Origin: Reclinomonas americana ATCC 50394
Lineage: Eukaryota
Length of the DNA: 64,000 bases
Direction of reading: 5' to 3'
NCBI GenBank assembly: GCA_048213135.1
Contig: PS015010.1
Location: 1,736,001-1,800,000, forward strand
Shown here: piece by piece, positions 29,822 to 38,634 of the stretch
How positions within the stretch are numbered: position 1 is the first letter of the stretch
Layout: each line of letters begins with the position of its first letter
Notes under the pieces: model-generated
The model's input: only the letters and a program-made list of their open reading frames with translations
What the model was told of the DNA's origin: nothing
Databases searched by the model: none
Translations under genes and position numbers: made by a program

Positions 29822-30442
29822 ATGACGAGTCGTATTTCATTTTTGTTGTTTCTTTTCATCGCATTGGTAATGTCTGTTGGCGTACATGCCGCCAGCAACC
29901 CGCTGGACAGTGTGCCCAAACCAAAGAAAAATAACCGCATATTCGGTAAGGCCGATACCAGCAAACTGTACAACCCCCGTGTGGCTACCATCCGCTCGGC
30001 CATACTACCCGGCTGGGGGCAGGCTACCAATAAAAAATACTGGAAAATACCCATTGTATATGCCGCGCTGGGCGTAACCGGTTACATCTTCTTTCGCAAT
30101 GTGAAGCAGTTCAATGAAGCCAAAAGCGCACTCGCCAATGCCACAGATGGCGACCCCACCAATGACGACCAGATACCCGAACCCTATCATACCATCAGGG
30201 ACCAGCCCGAACGCATCCGCAGCTTCCGCAACGAAGTAAGACAGAATGTGGATTACAGTGTGCTCGTGTTCATCCTCTTCTGGGGACTGAACGTGGTAGA
30301 CGCCACCGTTGATGCGCATATGAAGACCTTTGATGTGAGTGATGACCTGAGTTTCCAGATCAAACCCGGCTACAGCAATATGGCCAAAACCAACGGCATC
30401 AGCATCGTGTTTAACCTCGGCAGCCGGAAACACGCAAAATAA
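29822..30442 (+). CDS. DUF5683 family protein
   Basis: SAILPGWGQ...YWKIPIVY, NVVDATVDAHM..FDVSDDLS; lies between parB and dapB. Confidence 0.85.
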   Translation: MTSRISFLLFLFIALVMSVGVHAASNPLDSVPKPKKNNRIFGKADTSKLYNPRVATIRSAILPGWGQATNKKYWKIPIVYAALGVTGYIFFRNVKQFNEAKSALANATDGDPTNDDQIPEPYHTIRDQPERIRSFRNEVRQNVDYSVLVFILFWGLNVVDATVDAHMKTFDVSDDLSFQIKPGYSNMAKTNGISIVFNLGSRKHAK

Positions 30443-30470
30443 CTACCTTCATACCCGAATTTTTACCGCA

Positions 30471-31187
30471 ATGAAGATCGCATTAGTAGGTTATGGCAAG
30501 ATGGGCAAAGCCATAGAAGCCATCGCACACCAGAGGGGCCATAGTACAGGACTGATTATTGACCTGGACCACCAGGACCAGTTCACAGCTGACAACCTGC
30601 GTACCTGCGATGTGGCGATTGAATTTACAGGACCCGAAAGTGCCGCCGCCAATATCAGTGCCTGCCTGGAAGCAGGTATTCCTGTCGTATCCGGAAGCAC
30701 CGGGTGGCTGTCAGAATGGAATGCTGTCGCGGGACAATGCACGGCATTAAACGGCAGCCTCTTATATGCCAGTAACTTTAGTGTAGGCGTAAATATTTTT
30801 TTCGAGGTCAATAAGCGGCTGGCTGCACTGATGAAAGACCGGGAGGAATATGAAGTGACCATGGAAGAGATCCACCACACCCAGAAAAAAGATGCCCCCA
30901 GCGGCACAGCCATTACCCTCGCCGAACAGGTGCTGGCCGAAGTTACCCGTAAAAAAGAATGGATCAATGCAACTACCGGCGACGCCTCGCAACTGCTGAT
31001 TACCAGTAAACGCGAAGACCCCGCCCCCGGCACCCACTCCGTTAAATACAGCTCTGCTGTTGATGATATCGAGATCATACACACCGCACACAGCCGCCAG
31101 GGTTTTGCTTTAGGCGCTGTACTGGCCGCCGAATATATCCACGATAAAAAAGGGATATTCAATATGCGGCAGGTGCTGGGTTTGTAA
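30471..31187 (+). CDS. dapB: 4-hydroxy-tetrahydrodipicolinate reductase
   Basis: GYGKMG, SNFSVGVN, EIHHTQKKDAPSGTA, GFALGA. Confidence 0.96.
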   Translation: MKIALVGYGKMGKAIEAIAHQRGHSTGLIIDLDHQDQFTADNLRTCDVAIEFTGPESAAANISACLEAGIPVVSGSTGWLSEWNAVAGQCTALNGSLLYASNFSVGVNIFFEVNKRLAALMKDREEYEVTMEEIHHTQKKDAPSGTAITLAEQVLAEVTRKKEWINATTGDASQLLITSKREDPAPGTHSVKYSSAVDDIEIIHTAHSRQGFALGAVLAAEYIHDKKGIFNMRQVLGL

Positions 31188-31196
31188 ACAAGCGTC

Positions 31197-33002
31197 ATGA
31201 AACTGCCTATTGTCACACTGTTTTCTGCCCTGCTATTGGCTGCCCAGGCCATAGCACAGGCACCCGCGTCTGCCGACAGCCTCAGTAAAGTGATCAATGG
31301 CAATGGTCCCGCGCCGGAAAAAATAAAAGCCTGCATTGCCCTCTCTTCTTCACTGGTGGTAAAAGATTTTGACTGGGCATTGGAAACCGCCCGCAACGGT
31401 CTGCAACTGGCGCAGGCAGGTAATGATAAACCGGCAGCCGCCACGCTGCAAAAAAATATCGGCCTCGCATATTATTTCAAAGGAAATTACGACAGTGCAG
31501 CTGTATACTATTACCAGGCACTTGACCAGTACAAAACAGTAAAAGATACCGAAGGCAGGGCCGCCCTGCTGAACGAACTGGGCAAACTGTACCGCAAGAC
31601 CCGCGACCTGGACCGTTCCCTCCAATTTTATGATGAGGCTTACGCCATTTACAAAAGCATCGGCAGCAATACCGGCATGGCCACCATCCTCAATGAGTCG
31701 GGCGTAGTTTTTGAATACAGGGAAGATTACAAAGAAGCCATACACCGTTACCAGCAATCACTCGACATCTGCAACCGCATACGCGACACCGCTGGCGCTT
31801 CCTGGAGCATCAACTTTATCGGTGGCGCCTATACGCAGATGAAAAATTACGGTGAAGCAGAGAAATACCTGCTCGATGCTTTGCAGATGAGACTGGCATT
31901 GAAAGACAGTTTTGCCATCGCACTCAACTATACCGACCTGGCCTATATGTATGCCCAGCAGGGGAAATACGACAAAGCCATAGAACAATACCAGCTCAGT
32001 AACAGCATTGCAAATCGTATGAAATACGCTGATCTGCTGCAAAACAATTATAAAGAACTCGCTGCCATAGCTGAAAAACAAGGACATTACCAGCAGTCGC
32101 TGGAATACACCAAACTGCAGGCCGCACTCCGCGATTCTGTTTACAGCAGTGATAAGATGAAGCAGATCGAACAACTGAACGCCCGTTACCAGGCAGAAAA
32201 AAAGGAGCAGCAACTGCAATTGCAGCAAGCCGTTATCAGCAAGAAAAATTACCTGTTGCTCTTCCTGGGCGGCAGCCTCGCACTGCTGGCCATCGCGGGC
32301 TTTGCCTTGTACAGGAAAAGACAACTGCAGCACCGGGTACAATTGCAGGATGTGGTGATGAAACAACAGGACATGGCCACCCGTGCCGTAATCACCGCTG
32401 AAGAGAACGAACGGCAACGCATAGCCGCCGACCTGCATGATGGTGTAGGACAGATGATGAGCGCCGCCAAAATGAACCTCTCCGCCTTTGAAGATGATCT
32501 TCCTTTTACCAGCGACGAACAAAAACTGGCCTATGAAAAGATCATGAGCCTGGTAGACGAAAGTTGCCGGGAGATCAGGAATGTAAGCCACCAGATGATG
32601 CCCAATGCCCTGCTCAAAAGCGGGCTCAGCAACGCTATCCGTGAATTCATTGATAAGATTGACAGTCGGGTCATCCGCATACAACTGCACGCGGAGGGAT
32701 TAAATGACCGGCTCGACAGTAATGTGGAAACCGTGCTTTACCGGGTGATACAGGAATGTGTGAACAACGTGATCAAACACGCCGGTGCCGACAGGCTGGA
32801 TATTGCCCTTATCAGGGATGAAGATGGTATTTCCGCCACTATTGAAGACAATGGAAAAGGATTCGACAGCGGTAAGAAGTCGGAAGGTATTGGTTTGCAG
32901 AATATCCGCAGCCGCATCGCTTTCCTCAAAGGCACCGTGGATTTTGACAGCGCGCCGGGAAGAGGGACGCTGGTAGCGATTCATGTTCCATTAAACAATT
33001 AA
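31197..33002 (+). CDS. TPR-repeat sensor histidine kinase (HisKA_3/NarX type), paralog 1
   Basis: Signal peptide, TPR repeats, one TM, ERQRIAADLHDGVGQ, QECVNNVIKHA, DNGKGF, GIGL. Confidence 0.92.
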   Translation: MKLPIVTLFSALLLAAQAIAQAPASADSLSKVINGNGPAPEKIKACIALSSSLVVKDFDWALETARNGLQLAQAGNDKPAAATLQKNIGLAYYFKGNYDSAAVYYYQALDQYKTVKDTEGRAALLNELGKLYRKTRDLDRSLQFYDEAYAIYKSIGSNTGMATILNESGVVFEYREDYKEAIHRYQQSLDICNRIRDTAGASWSINFIGGAYTQMKNYGEAEKYLLDALQMRLALKDSFAIALNYTDLAYMYAQQGKYDKAIEQYQLSNSIANRMKYADLLQNNYKELAAIAEKQGHYQQSLEYTKLQAALRDSVYSSDKMKQIEQLNARYQAEKKEQQLQLQQAVISKKNYLLLFLGGSLALLAIAGFALYRKRQLQHRVQLQDVVMKQQDMATRAVITAEENERQRIAADLHDGVGQMMSAAKMNLSAFEDDLPFTSDEQKLAYEKIMSLVDESCREIRNVSHQMMPNALLKSGLSNAIREFIDKIDSRVIRIQLHAEGLNDRLDSNVETVLYRVIQECVNNVIKHAGADRLDIALIRDEDGISATIEDNGKGFDSGKKSEGIGLQNIRSRIAFLKGTVDFDSAPGRGTLVAIHVPLNN

Positions 33003-33003
33003 T

Positions 33004-33146
33004 AATTACGAATTTCAAATTACGAATTGTTATCCTGTTATGTTCCTGAAGCTATTCATTAGCTGGCATGAATTTGAAGACAATACAAAAGAGTTATAAG
33101 CCGGGATTTAAAGGCATTCGTAATTTGAAATTCGTAATTCGTAATT
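33004..33146. repeat. Heptamer-array inverted repeat (24-bp perfect arms)
   Basis: AATTACGAATTTCAAATTACGAAT (33004-33027) and its exact reverse complement at 33116-33139. Confidence 0.92.
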
Positions 33147-33156
33147 AAACACTGCC

Positions 33157-35088
33157 ATGCAGAAATACTTATTTCTATTCATCATCGCTTTCTTTACACA
33201 GCCTTCTTCCGCTCAGCAAAAGAAAGTTGACAGCCTCCTCAACATTACAAAGACCACCGACGATGTAAAGAAAAAAGTAGACGCGCTGAACAAACTCTGC
33301 AACCTGCTGATGTACGACAAACCACAGGAAGCCAAACAATATATTGTGGAAGCCATGGCACTGGCCGAGAAAGCGGACTATAAACTCGGCATGGGCGATG
33401 CTTATAACAGCATTGGCGTGGTATACGATATCAGCGGCAAATACGACAGTTCTATTTATTATTATGAAAAAGCACTGCCCATCTTCAACTCCATCAGCAA
33501 CCAGAAAGGCCGCGGCAGCACTATGAATAACCTGGGGCTGATCTACTGGAACCAGTCCAATTATGATAAGGCCCTCTCCTGCTTCCTGGATGCACTCAAA
33601 GATTTTGAGGCCATCGGCAACGATAAGTTCATGTCCAATGCACTCAATAATATTGGCCTGGTCTACTTCGATATCGGTAATTACCGTAAATCGCTGGAGT
33701 ACCATGTAAAAGCGAAAGCCATTTATGAAAAACTGGATGACGCCTATCTTATGGGTGCCGCTTCCACCAATATGGCCAACGCCTACAGCGAACTCCACCT
33801 GCTCGATTCCGCACAATACTATTATGAACAGGCCATCGCCCTGCATACCCGGGCTAAGGACGACTACGGCTTAAGTACCGCTTACAACGGCTATGCCGGC
33901 CTGCTGGCAGAGAAAGGCAATGACGCCGGGGCGCTGGACTACTTCAGCAAAACACTCGCCATTAAGGAAAGCCTCAATGAAAAAGTGGGTGAAAGTTCCG
34001 TACTCATTAATATGGCGGGCATTTACAACCGCCTGCGCCAGCCTGCCAAAGAACTGGAGGCGCTTAACCGGGCACAGGCTATAGCGGAGGAACATAACAT
34101 CAAGAAAGACCTGATCAAAATCTATGAAGCATTATCCGCTTTTTATGAAAAGACCGATCTGCAACGTTCGCTTTCTTATTATAAAAAATACAGCGCTGTA
34201 AAAGATTCTGTCTTTAATGAAAACAGCAGCCGCCAGGTGGCCGAACTCAGCACCCGTTACGAGACCAGTAAGAAAGAACTGCAATTAAAACAGAAGAACC
34301 TCCAGCTGAGCAAGAAGAATATTTTCATTGTGGCCATTTCAGGCTTGCTGGCACTCACGCTTTTACTGGGTTTTTCCTATTACAAACGTTACCGGCTGAG
34401 CCAGGAGAAAAAACTCCGCGAATCGGTGATCGCCCAGCAGGATGCCGCCACCCGGGCGGTGATCGTTGCCGAAGAAAATGAACGGCGCCGCATAGCCGCC
34501 GATCTGCACGACGGTGTAGGCCAGATGATGAGCGCTGCCAAGATGAACCTCTCTGCCTTTGAAGACGAAGCGCGGTTTGCTGATGAAAAACAGAAACAGG
34601 CTTTTGAAAAGATCATAGGACTGGTAGACGAAAGCTGCAAAGAGATCAGGAACGTGAGTCACCAGATGATGCCCAACGCCCTGCTCAAAAGCGGGCTCAG
34701 CAGCGCTATCCGTGAGTTCATTGATAAGATCGACAGCCGGGTGATCCGTATCAACCTGTACGCCGAAGGCCTGAGCGACCGGCTAGACAGCAATATAGAA
34801 ACCGTGCTCTACCGGGTGATACAGGAATGTGTGAACAACGTGATCAAGCATGCCGGTGCTTCCACCCTCGATATATCACTCATCCGCGATGGCGATGGCA
34901 TATCCGCCACCATTGAAGACAATGGCAAAGGTTTTGATGCCGCTAACCGGGAGCAGTTCGCCGGTATTGGCCTGAAAAATATCATCAGCCGCATCGAGTT
35001 CCTGAAAGGCATGGTGGATTTTGACAGCACGCCGGGCAAGGGAACCCTTGTTGCTATACATGTACCTCTAAAGAATGATGAATTATAA
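33157..35088 (+). CDS. TPR-repeat sensor histidine kinase (HisKA_3/NarX type), paralog 2
   Basis: Same architecture as paralog 1; ERRRIAADLHDGVGQ. Confidence 0.92.
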   Translation: MQKYLFLFIIAFFTQPSSAQQKKVDSLLNITKTTDDVKKKVDALNKLCNLLMYDKPQEAKQYIVEAMALAEKADYKLGMGDAYNSIGVVYDISGKYDSSIYYYEKALPIFNSISNQKGRGSTMNNLGLIYWNQSNYDKALSCFLDALKDFEAIGNDKFMSNALNNIGLVYFDIGNYRKSLEYHVKAKAIYEKLDDAYLMGAASTNMANAYSELHLLDSAQYYYEQAIALHTRAKDDYGLSTAYNGYAGLLAEKGNDAGALDYFSKTLAIKESLNEKVGESSVLINMAGIYNRLRQPAKELEALNRAQAIAEEHNIKKDLIKIYEALSAFYEKTDLQRSLSYYKKYSAVKDSVFNENSSRQVAELSTRYETSKKELQLKQKNLQLSKKNIFIVAISGLLALTLLLGFSYYKRYRLSQEKKLRESVIAQQDAATRAVIVAEENERRRIAADLHDGVGQMMSAAKMNLSAFEDEARFADEKQKQAFEKIIGLVDESCKEIRNVSHQMMPNALLKSGLSSAIREFIDKIDSRVIRINLYAEGLSDRLDSNIETVLYRVIQECVNNVIKHAGASTLDISLIRDGDGISATIEDNGKGFDAANREQFAGIGLKNIISRIEFLKGMVDFDSTPGKGTLVAIHVPLKNDEL

Positions 35089-35176
35089 ATGATGAATTAA
35101 GGATTAAGGATAACCATCTGTAAGACTTATTTCCGGATGGCAGGAACTCATCATTCAACATTTATAACTCATAATT
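35074..35176. repeat. Imperfect heptamer-array inverted repeat (AATGATG variant)
   Basis: AATGATG AATTATA AATGATG AATTAAG (from 35074) and a complementary array at 35145-35176. Confidence 0.75.
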
Positions 35177-35204
35177 AAATATTCCCTAATATTGCAGGAA
35201 CAGA

Positions 35205-35846
35205 ATGAAGACCGGGAAGATCAAACTAGCCATTGTCGACGATCACCAGATCGTGATAGACGGACTCAAGTCCCTTTTGCAGGGGCATGACGAGTTTGAT
35301 GTTAAGATCGAATGTACCGATCCCCTCCGCATGACCTCCCTGCTGGAACAACAGCCGGTGGATATCCTCCTCACCGACGTAATGATGCCGGGCATGAATG
35401 GCGCAGAACTGGCATTGGCTGTACATAAAGCCTACCCTTCTGTACGTATACTCGCTTTATCCATGAGCGGGCAGGGCGAACTGGTGAACCAGATGATAGA
35501 TGAAGCGGACATTGCCGGTTATGTATTGAAAAATATCGGTAAGCAGGAACTGGTAACAGCGCTTAAAAAGATACATGACGGTGGCATTTATTTCAGTGAA
35601 GAAGTATTGAATGAAATGACCAGGGCCAGCGCCGTAAAAAAGACCAACGAAGAAGTGCACCTCACCGCCCGGGAAATAGAGATCATCGGGTTGATAGAAA
35701 AAGAATTAAGCAATAAGCAGATCGCCGAACAACTGTTCCTGAGCGAACGCACCGTGGAAACCCACCGCAAAAATATCTTCCGCAAGACAAACACGTCCAG
35801 CGTGATCGGGCTGATCAAGTATGCTTATGAACACAGGCTGATTTAA
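35205..35846 (+). CDS. NarL/LuxR family response regulator
   Basis: VDDHQIV, TDVMMP, LTAREIEI...IAEQLFLSERTVETHRKNI. Confidence 0.95.
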   Translation: MKTGKIKLAIVDDHQIVIDGLKSLLQGHDEFDVKIECTDPLRMTSLLEQQPVDILLTDVMMPGMNGAELALAVHKAYPSVRILALSMSGQGELVNQMIDEADIAGYVLKNIGKQELVTALKKIHDGGIYFSEEVLNEMTRASAVKKTNEEVHLTAREIEIIGLIEKELSNKQIAEQLFLSERTVETHRKNIFRKTNTSSVIGLIKYAYEHRLI

Positions 35847-35965
35847 TTACGAATTACCAATTACAAATTACGAATCTCTCAACTTAATAAGCTGCTTGTA
35901 AAAAAGCAGGAAGTTCATGGCCACGAAAATTGGCACTTCATCAAATTATCAAATCATCACATTAA
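35845..35965. repeat. Heptamer array and octamer array abutting the stops of convergent genes
   Basis: AATTACG AATTACC AATTACA AATTACG (35845-35875); CACTTCAT CAAATTAT CAAATCAT CACATTAA (~35934-35965). Confidence 0.75.
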
Positions 35966-36913
35966 TTACCCTTTCCTGAGGTTTTCGAGCATATCCGATG
36001 TCATTCTGGTGAGGTCATATTCTTCCTGCCAGCCCCAGTCGGCACGGGCCACACTGTCGTCAATACTTTGCGGCCAGCTGTCGGCAATCGCCTGGCGGTA
36101 ATCCGGCTGATAAGTGATGCTGAATTCGGGAATATGCTTTTTGATCTCCGCGGCAATCTCTACGGGAGAGAAACTCATGCCCGACAGGTTATAGGACGTA
36201 CGAATGGATATAGATGAGGCTTCCGCTTCCATCAGTTCAATGGTCGCTTTTATGGCGTCGGGCATATACATCATGGGCAGGTAGGTATCCGCACCCAGGA
36301 AACATTCGTATTTTTTTTCTTCCAGCGCTTCATGAAATATTTCCACCGCGTAATCCGTAGTGCCGCCGCCCGGGGCGCTCTTGTAACTGATAAGACCGGG
36401 ATAGCGAAGGCTGCGTACATCCACGCCATAGCGGTTGAAATAATAATTACACCAGAACTCTCCGGCATACTTGCTGATGCCGTATACCGTTATGGGTTCG
36501 ATCACGGTTTGCTGCGGACAGTTCTGTTTGGGTGAGGTGGGCCCGAATACCGCGATGGAACTGGGCCAGTATACTTTATGTAATTTTTCTTCCCTGGCAA
36601 TATCGAGTACATTCAGCAGGCTCTGCATGTTGAGGCTCCAGGCCAGGTTGGGATTTTTTTCACCGGTGGCCGACAATATTGCCGCCAGCAGGTAGATCTG
36701 TGTAATACCCTGCCTGATCACCTGCACATGCAGCATTTCCTTGTTCATTACGTCCAGGCTTACGTAGGGGCCTGAGCCTTTCAGCAATTCATTCTCCTCC
36801 CGCAGGTCACTGGCGATAACATTGCTGTTACCATACAATTTACGAAGTGCGAGGGTGAGCTCAACACCTATCTGCCCGGAGGCGCCGATAACAAGGATCT
36901 TTTCTTTGACCAT
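35966..36913 (-). CDS. tdh: NAD-dependent epimerase/SDR, L-threonine 3-dehydrogenase-like
   Basis: GASGQIG, LAAILSATGE, PSSIAVFG, YGISK, PGGGTTDYAV, QAIADSWP; start at ATG 36913. Confidence 0.82.
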   Translation of the reverse strand: MVKEKILVIGASGQIGVELTLALRKLYGNSNVIASDLREENELLKGSGPYVSLDVMNKEMLHVQVIRQGITQIYLLAAILSATGEKNPNLAWSLNMQSLLNVLDIAREEKLHKVYWPSSIAVFGPTSPKQNCPQQTVIEPITVYGISKYAGEFWCNYYFNRYGVDVRSLRYPGLISYKSAPGGGTTDYAVEIFHEALEEKKYECFLGADTYLPMMYMPDAIKATIELMEAEASSISIRTSYNLSGMSFSPVEIAAEIKKHIPEFSITYQPDYRQAIADSWPQSIDDSVARADWGWQEEYDLTRMTSDMLENLRKG

Positions 36914-37074
36914 AGAACAATCTTTTAGAAATGCAAATGTAATACCTAAACCAATTCCTGCCACTTACTCATTCTTTCCAGGCAATGGCTCGGCCGGCAT
37001 TCCTTTACCGGCGAAAAAAAGGTCTCTTTACGACCATATCAATACCGTTTAATCATCCCTAAAAAACAAAGATC

Positions 37075-37377
37075 ATGTACACTATTCAATCAGGCAACAC
37101 CATCATCACATCCGGCAGCGTACGTATGGAACCTTTCGGAAAATCGTACACCAAGCAATGCTTCATCCGTACACCTCATATTTTTAAGGATAAGCCGGTC
37201 GTATCCGTTACGGTATACACCAGCAAAGGCAATGACGCTTTTGTCTTGTACGGCCTCGAACAAAGCATCGCCACGGGAGAAACCATTTTCAAGGTATCCG
37301 CCACCAACAATGAACTGGGCAAGGAATCGGAAGATGAATACTGGTGCGACTTTTTCATGATGGGGATACTGGCATAA
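37075..37377 (+). CDS. Hypothetical 100-aa protein, possible H-type-lectin/tail-fibre-like beta fold
   Basis: A-rich initiation region; IQSG...F..KPVVSV...FKVSA...W...MG pattern; fold assignment tentative. Confidence 0.6.
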   Translation: MYTIQSGNTIITSGSVRMEPFGKSYTKQCFIRTPHIFKDKPVVSVTVYTSKGNDAFVLYGLEQSIATGETIFKVSATNNELGKESEDEYWCDFFMMGILA

Positions 37378-37413
37378 GCCAATCCCTTTCCGCAAATAGT
37401 AAAATAACAAACC

Positions 37414-37965
37414 ATGAAGCGATATCATCTCCTGCTGTTATCAGCAGCCATTTTTTTCAGTTCCTGTAAAAAAGACGACCCCTATGTTCCCCAACTGGGT
37501 GACGCTTACCAGGGCGGTTATATCTTTTATATTGATGCCACGGGCGAACACGGCCTGGTTATGGGGCCGCCCGAATCAGAAACATCACTCCCCTGGGGTT
37601 GTGCCGGCACTCTCCTTGATGCCACCAGCAATAACCAGGCAGCAAGTGAATTAGGCTGGGGCATGTATTGCACCTCCCGTATCGTGGTAAAATGCGCCGA
37701 AACCAATACAGCTGCCAGGTATTGTTATAACCTGGAATACGGCGGGTATAAAGACTGGTTCCTTCCGAACCTGGGCGAGTGGAACCTGATGATCAAAAAC
37801 ATCGGCGCCTCCACAGGTCTCGCTTTAAAAGCCAGCAGCCGTTATTGGATTGCTTACGAAGCGGATGCCAACCGCGGGGCGTACTGTGTTCCCTCGAATC
37901 CGGGGATTGGGGTATTCGACAGTAAATCGAACTTCTACCTGGTGAGACCGGTAAGGGCTTTCTGA
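37414..37965 (+). CDS. Lipoprotein with DUF1566 (Lcl C-terminal, C-type-lectin-like) domain
   Basis: Lipobox FSSC-KKDD; GDAYQGGYIFYID..GEHGL, AARYC, GYKDWFLP, YW, VRPVRAF. Confidence 0.78.
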   Translation: MKRYHLLLLSAAIFFSSCKKDDPYVPQLGDAYQGGYIFYIDATGEHGLVMGPPESETSLPWGCAGTLLDATSNNQAASELGWGMYCTSRIVVKCAETNTAARYCYNLEYGGYKDWFLPNLGEWNLMIKNIGASTGLALKASSRYWIAYEADANRGAYCVPSNPGIGVFDSKSNFYLVRPVRAF

Positions 37966-37996
37966 TCCTCTATTTTCTAAACACAATGGTCCCGAA

Positions 37997-38593
37997 ATGA
38001 AAAATACAATGCTGCGTAATACTGCCATCATCCTGCTACTGCTGGCCGCCGTTGCCTGCAGGAACAGCCGGGTATCTTCCAACCCGCCCGCACCCCGGCC
38101 CGCGGAAGATAAAATGCCTTTTCGTCCTTCTATGGCAAAGATCATTTTCGCCGATGGCAAAACAAAATACGCCAATGTCATCAGCCAGTCTGCAACGCAG
38201 GCAGATCTGAGAATGATCCCCAACAGCGAGGAATACAGCATCAGCAACAAAGGGATCATACTCAGCAGCAACGGCAGCTATGCCAAGGGCGGCAGGGTAC
38301 AGAGCGTGATGATAAAAAACGCGGGGGCCAGTATTTATGATAAGATCGACCAGGCTAATTTCAATTATGGTACCCTCGGGTTCCGCTTCCCCGACGGGAA
38401 AGTGCAGTATGCCGGCGCACTGACCGTACAAACCGTATTCCTTTCCATAACGATGTTACATTCCGGATTCAACTACCAGCTTTACTTTAGAGGCGGGGAA
38501 TGGAAGATCGATATCCAGGGCGGAGAGTACAGGAACGGCACGTTCATCAGGGATATTTTTGAGTTATCTCCCGCCTTCAAGCGATTTTACTGA
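37997..38593 (+). CDS. Hypothetical lipoprotein
   Basis: Lipobox AVAC after a hydrophobic stretch; operon-like spacing. Confidence 0.65.
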   Translation: MKNTMLRNTAIILLLLAAVACRNSRVSSNPPAPRPAEDKMPFRPSMAKIIFADGKTKYANVISQSATQADLRMIPNSEEYSISNKGIILSSNGSYAKGGRVQSVMIKNAGASIYDKIDQANFNYGTLGFRFPDGKVQYAGALTVQTVFLSITMLHSGFNYQLYFRGGEWKIDIQGGEYRNGTFIRDIFELSPAFKRFY

Positions 38594-38634
38594 ACCCTAT
38601 CCTTCTTATTAATCATCCCCTTCAAATTAGAACA

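Noticed and set aside
27800-30500. parS sites near parAB
   Set aside because: No GTTTCACGTGAAAC or GTTCCACGTGGAAC-like palindrome noticed
33028-33115. Four-helix-bundle pseudogene inside the heptamer inverted repeat
   Set aside because: Core translations I tried showed no recognisable motif, and the core is too short to call
36950-37030. LytTR boxes upstream of the 37-kb cassette
   Set aside because: Only weak similarity and inconsistent spacing
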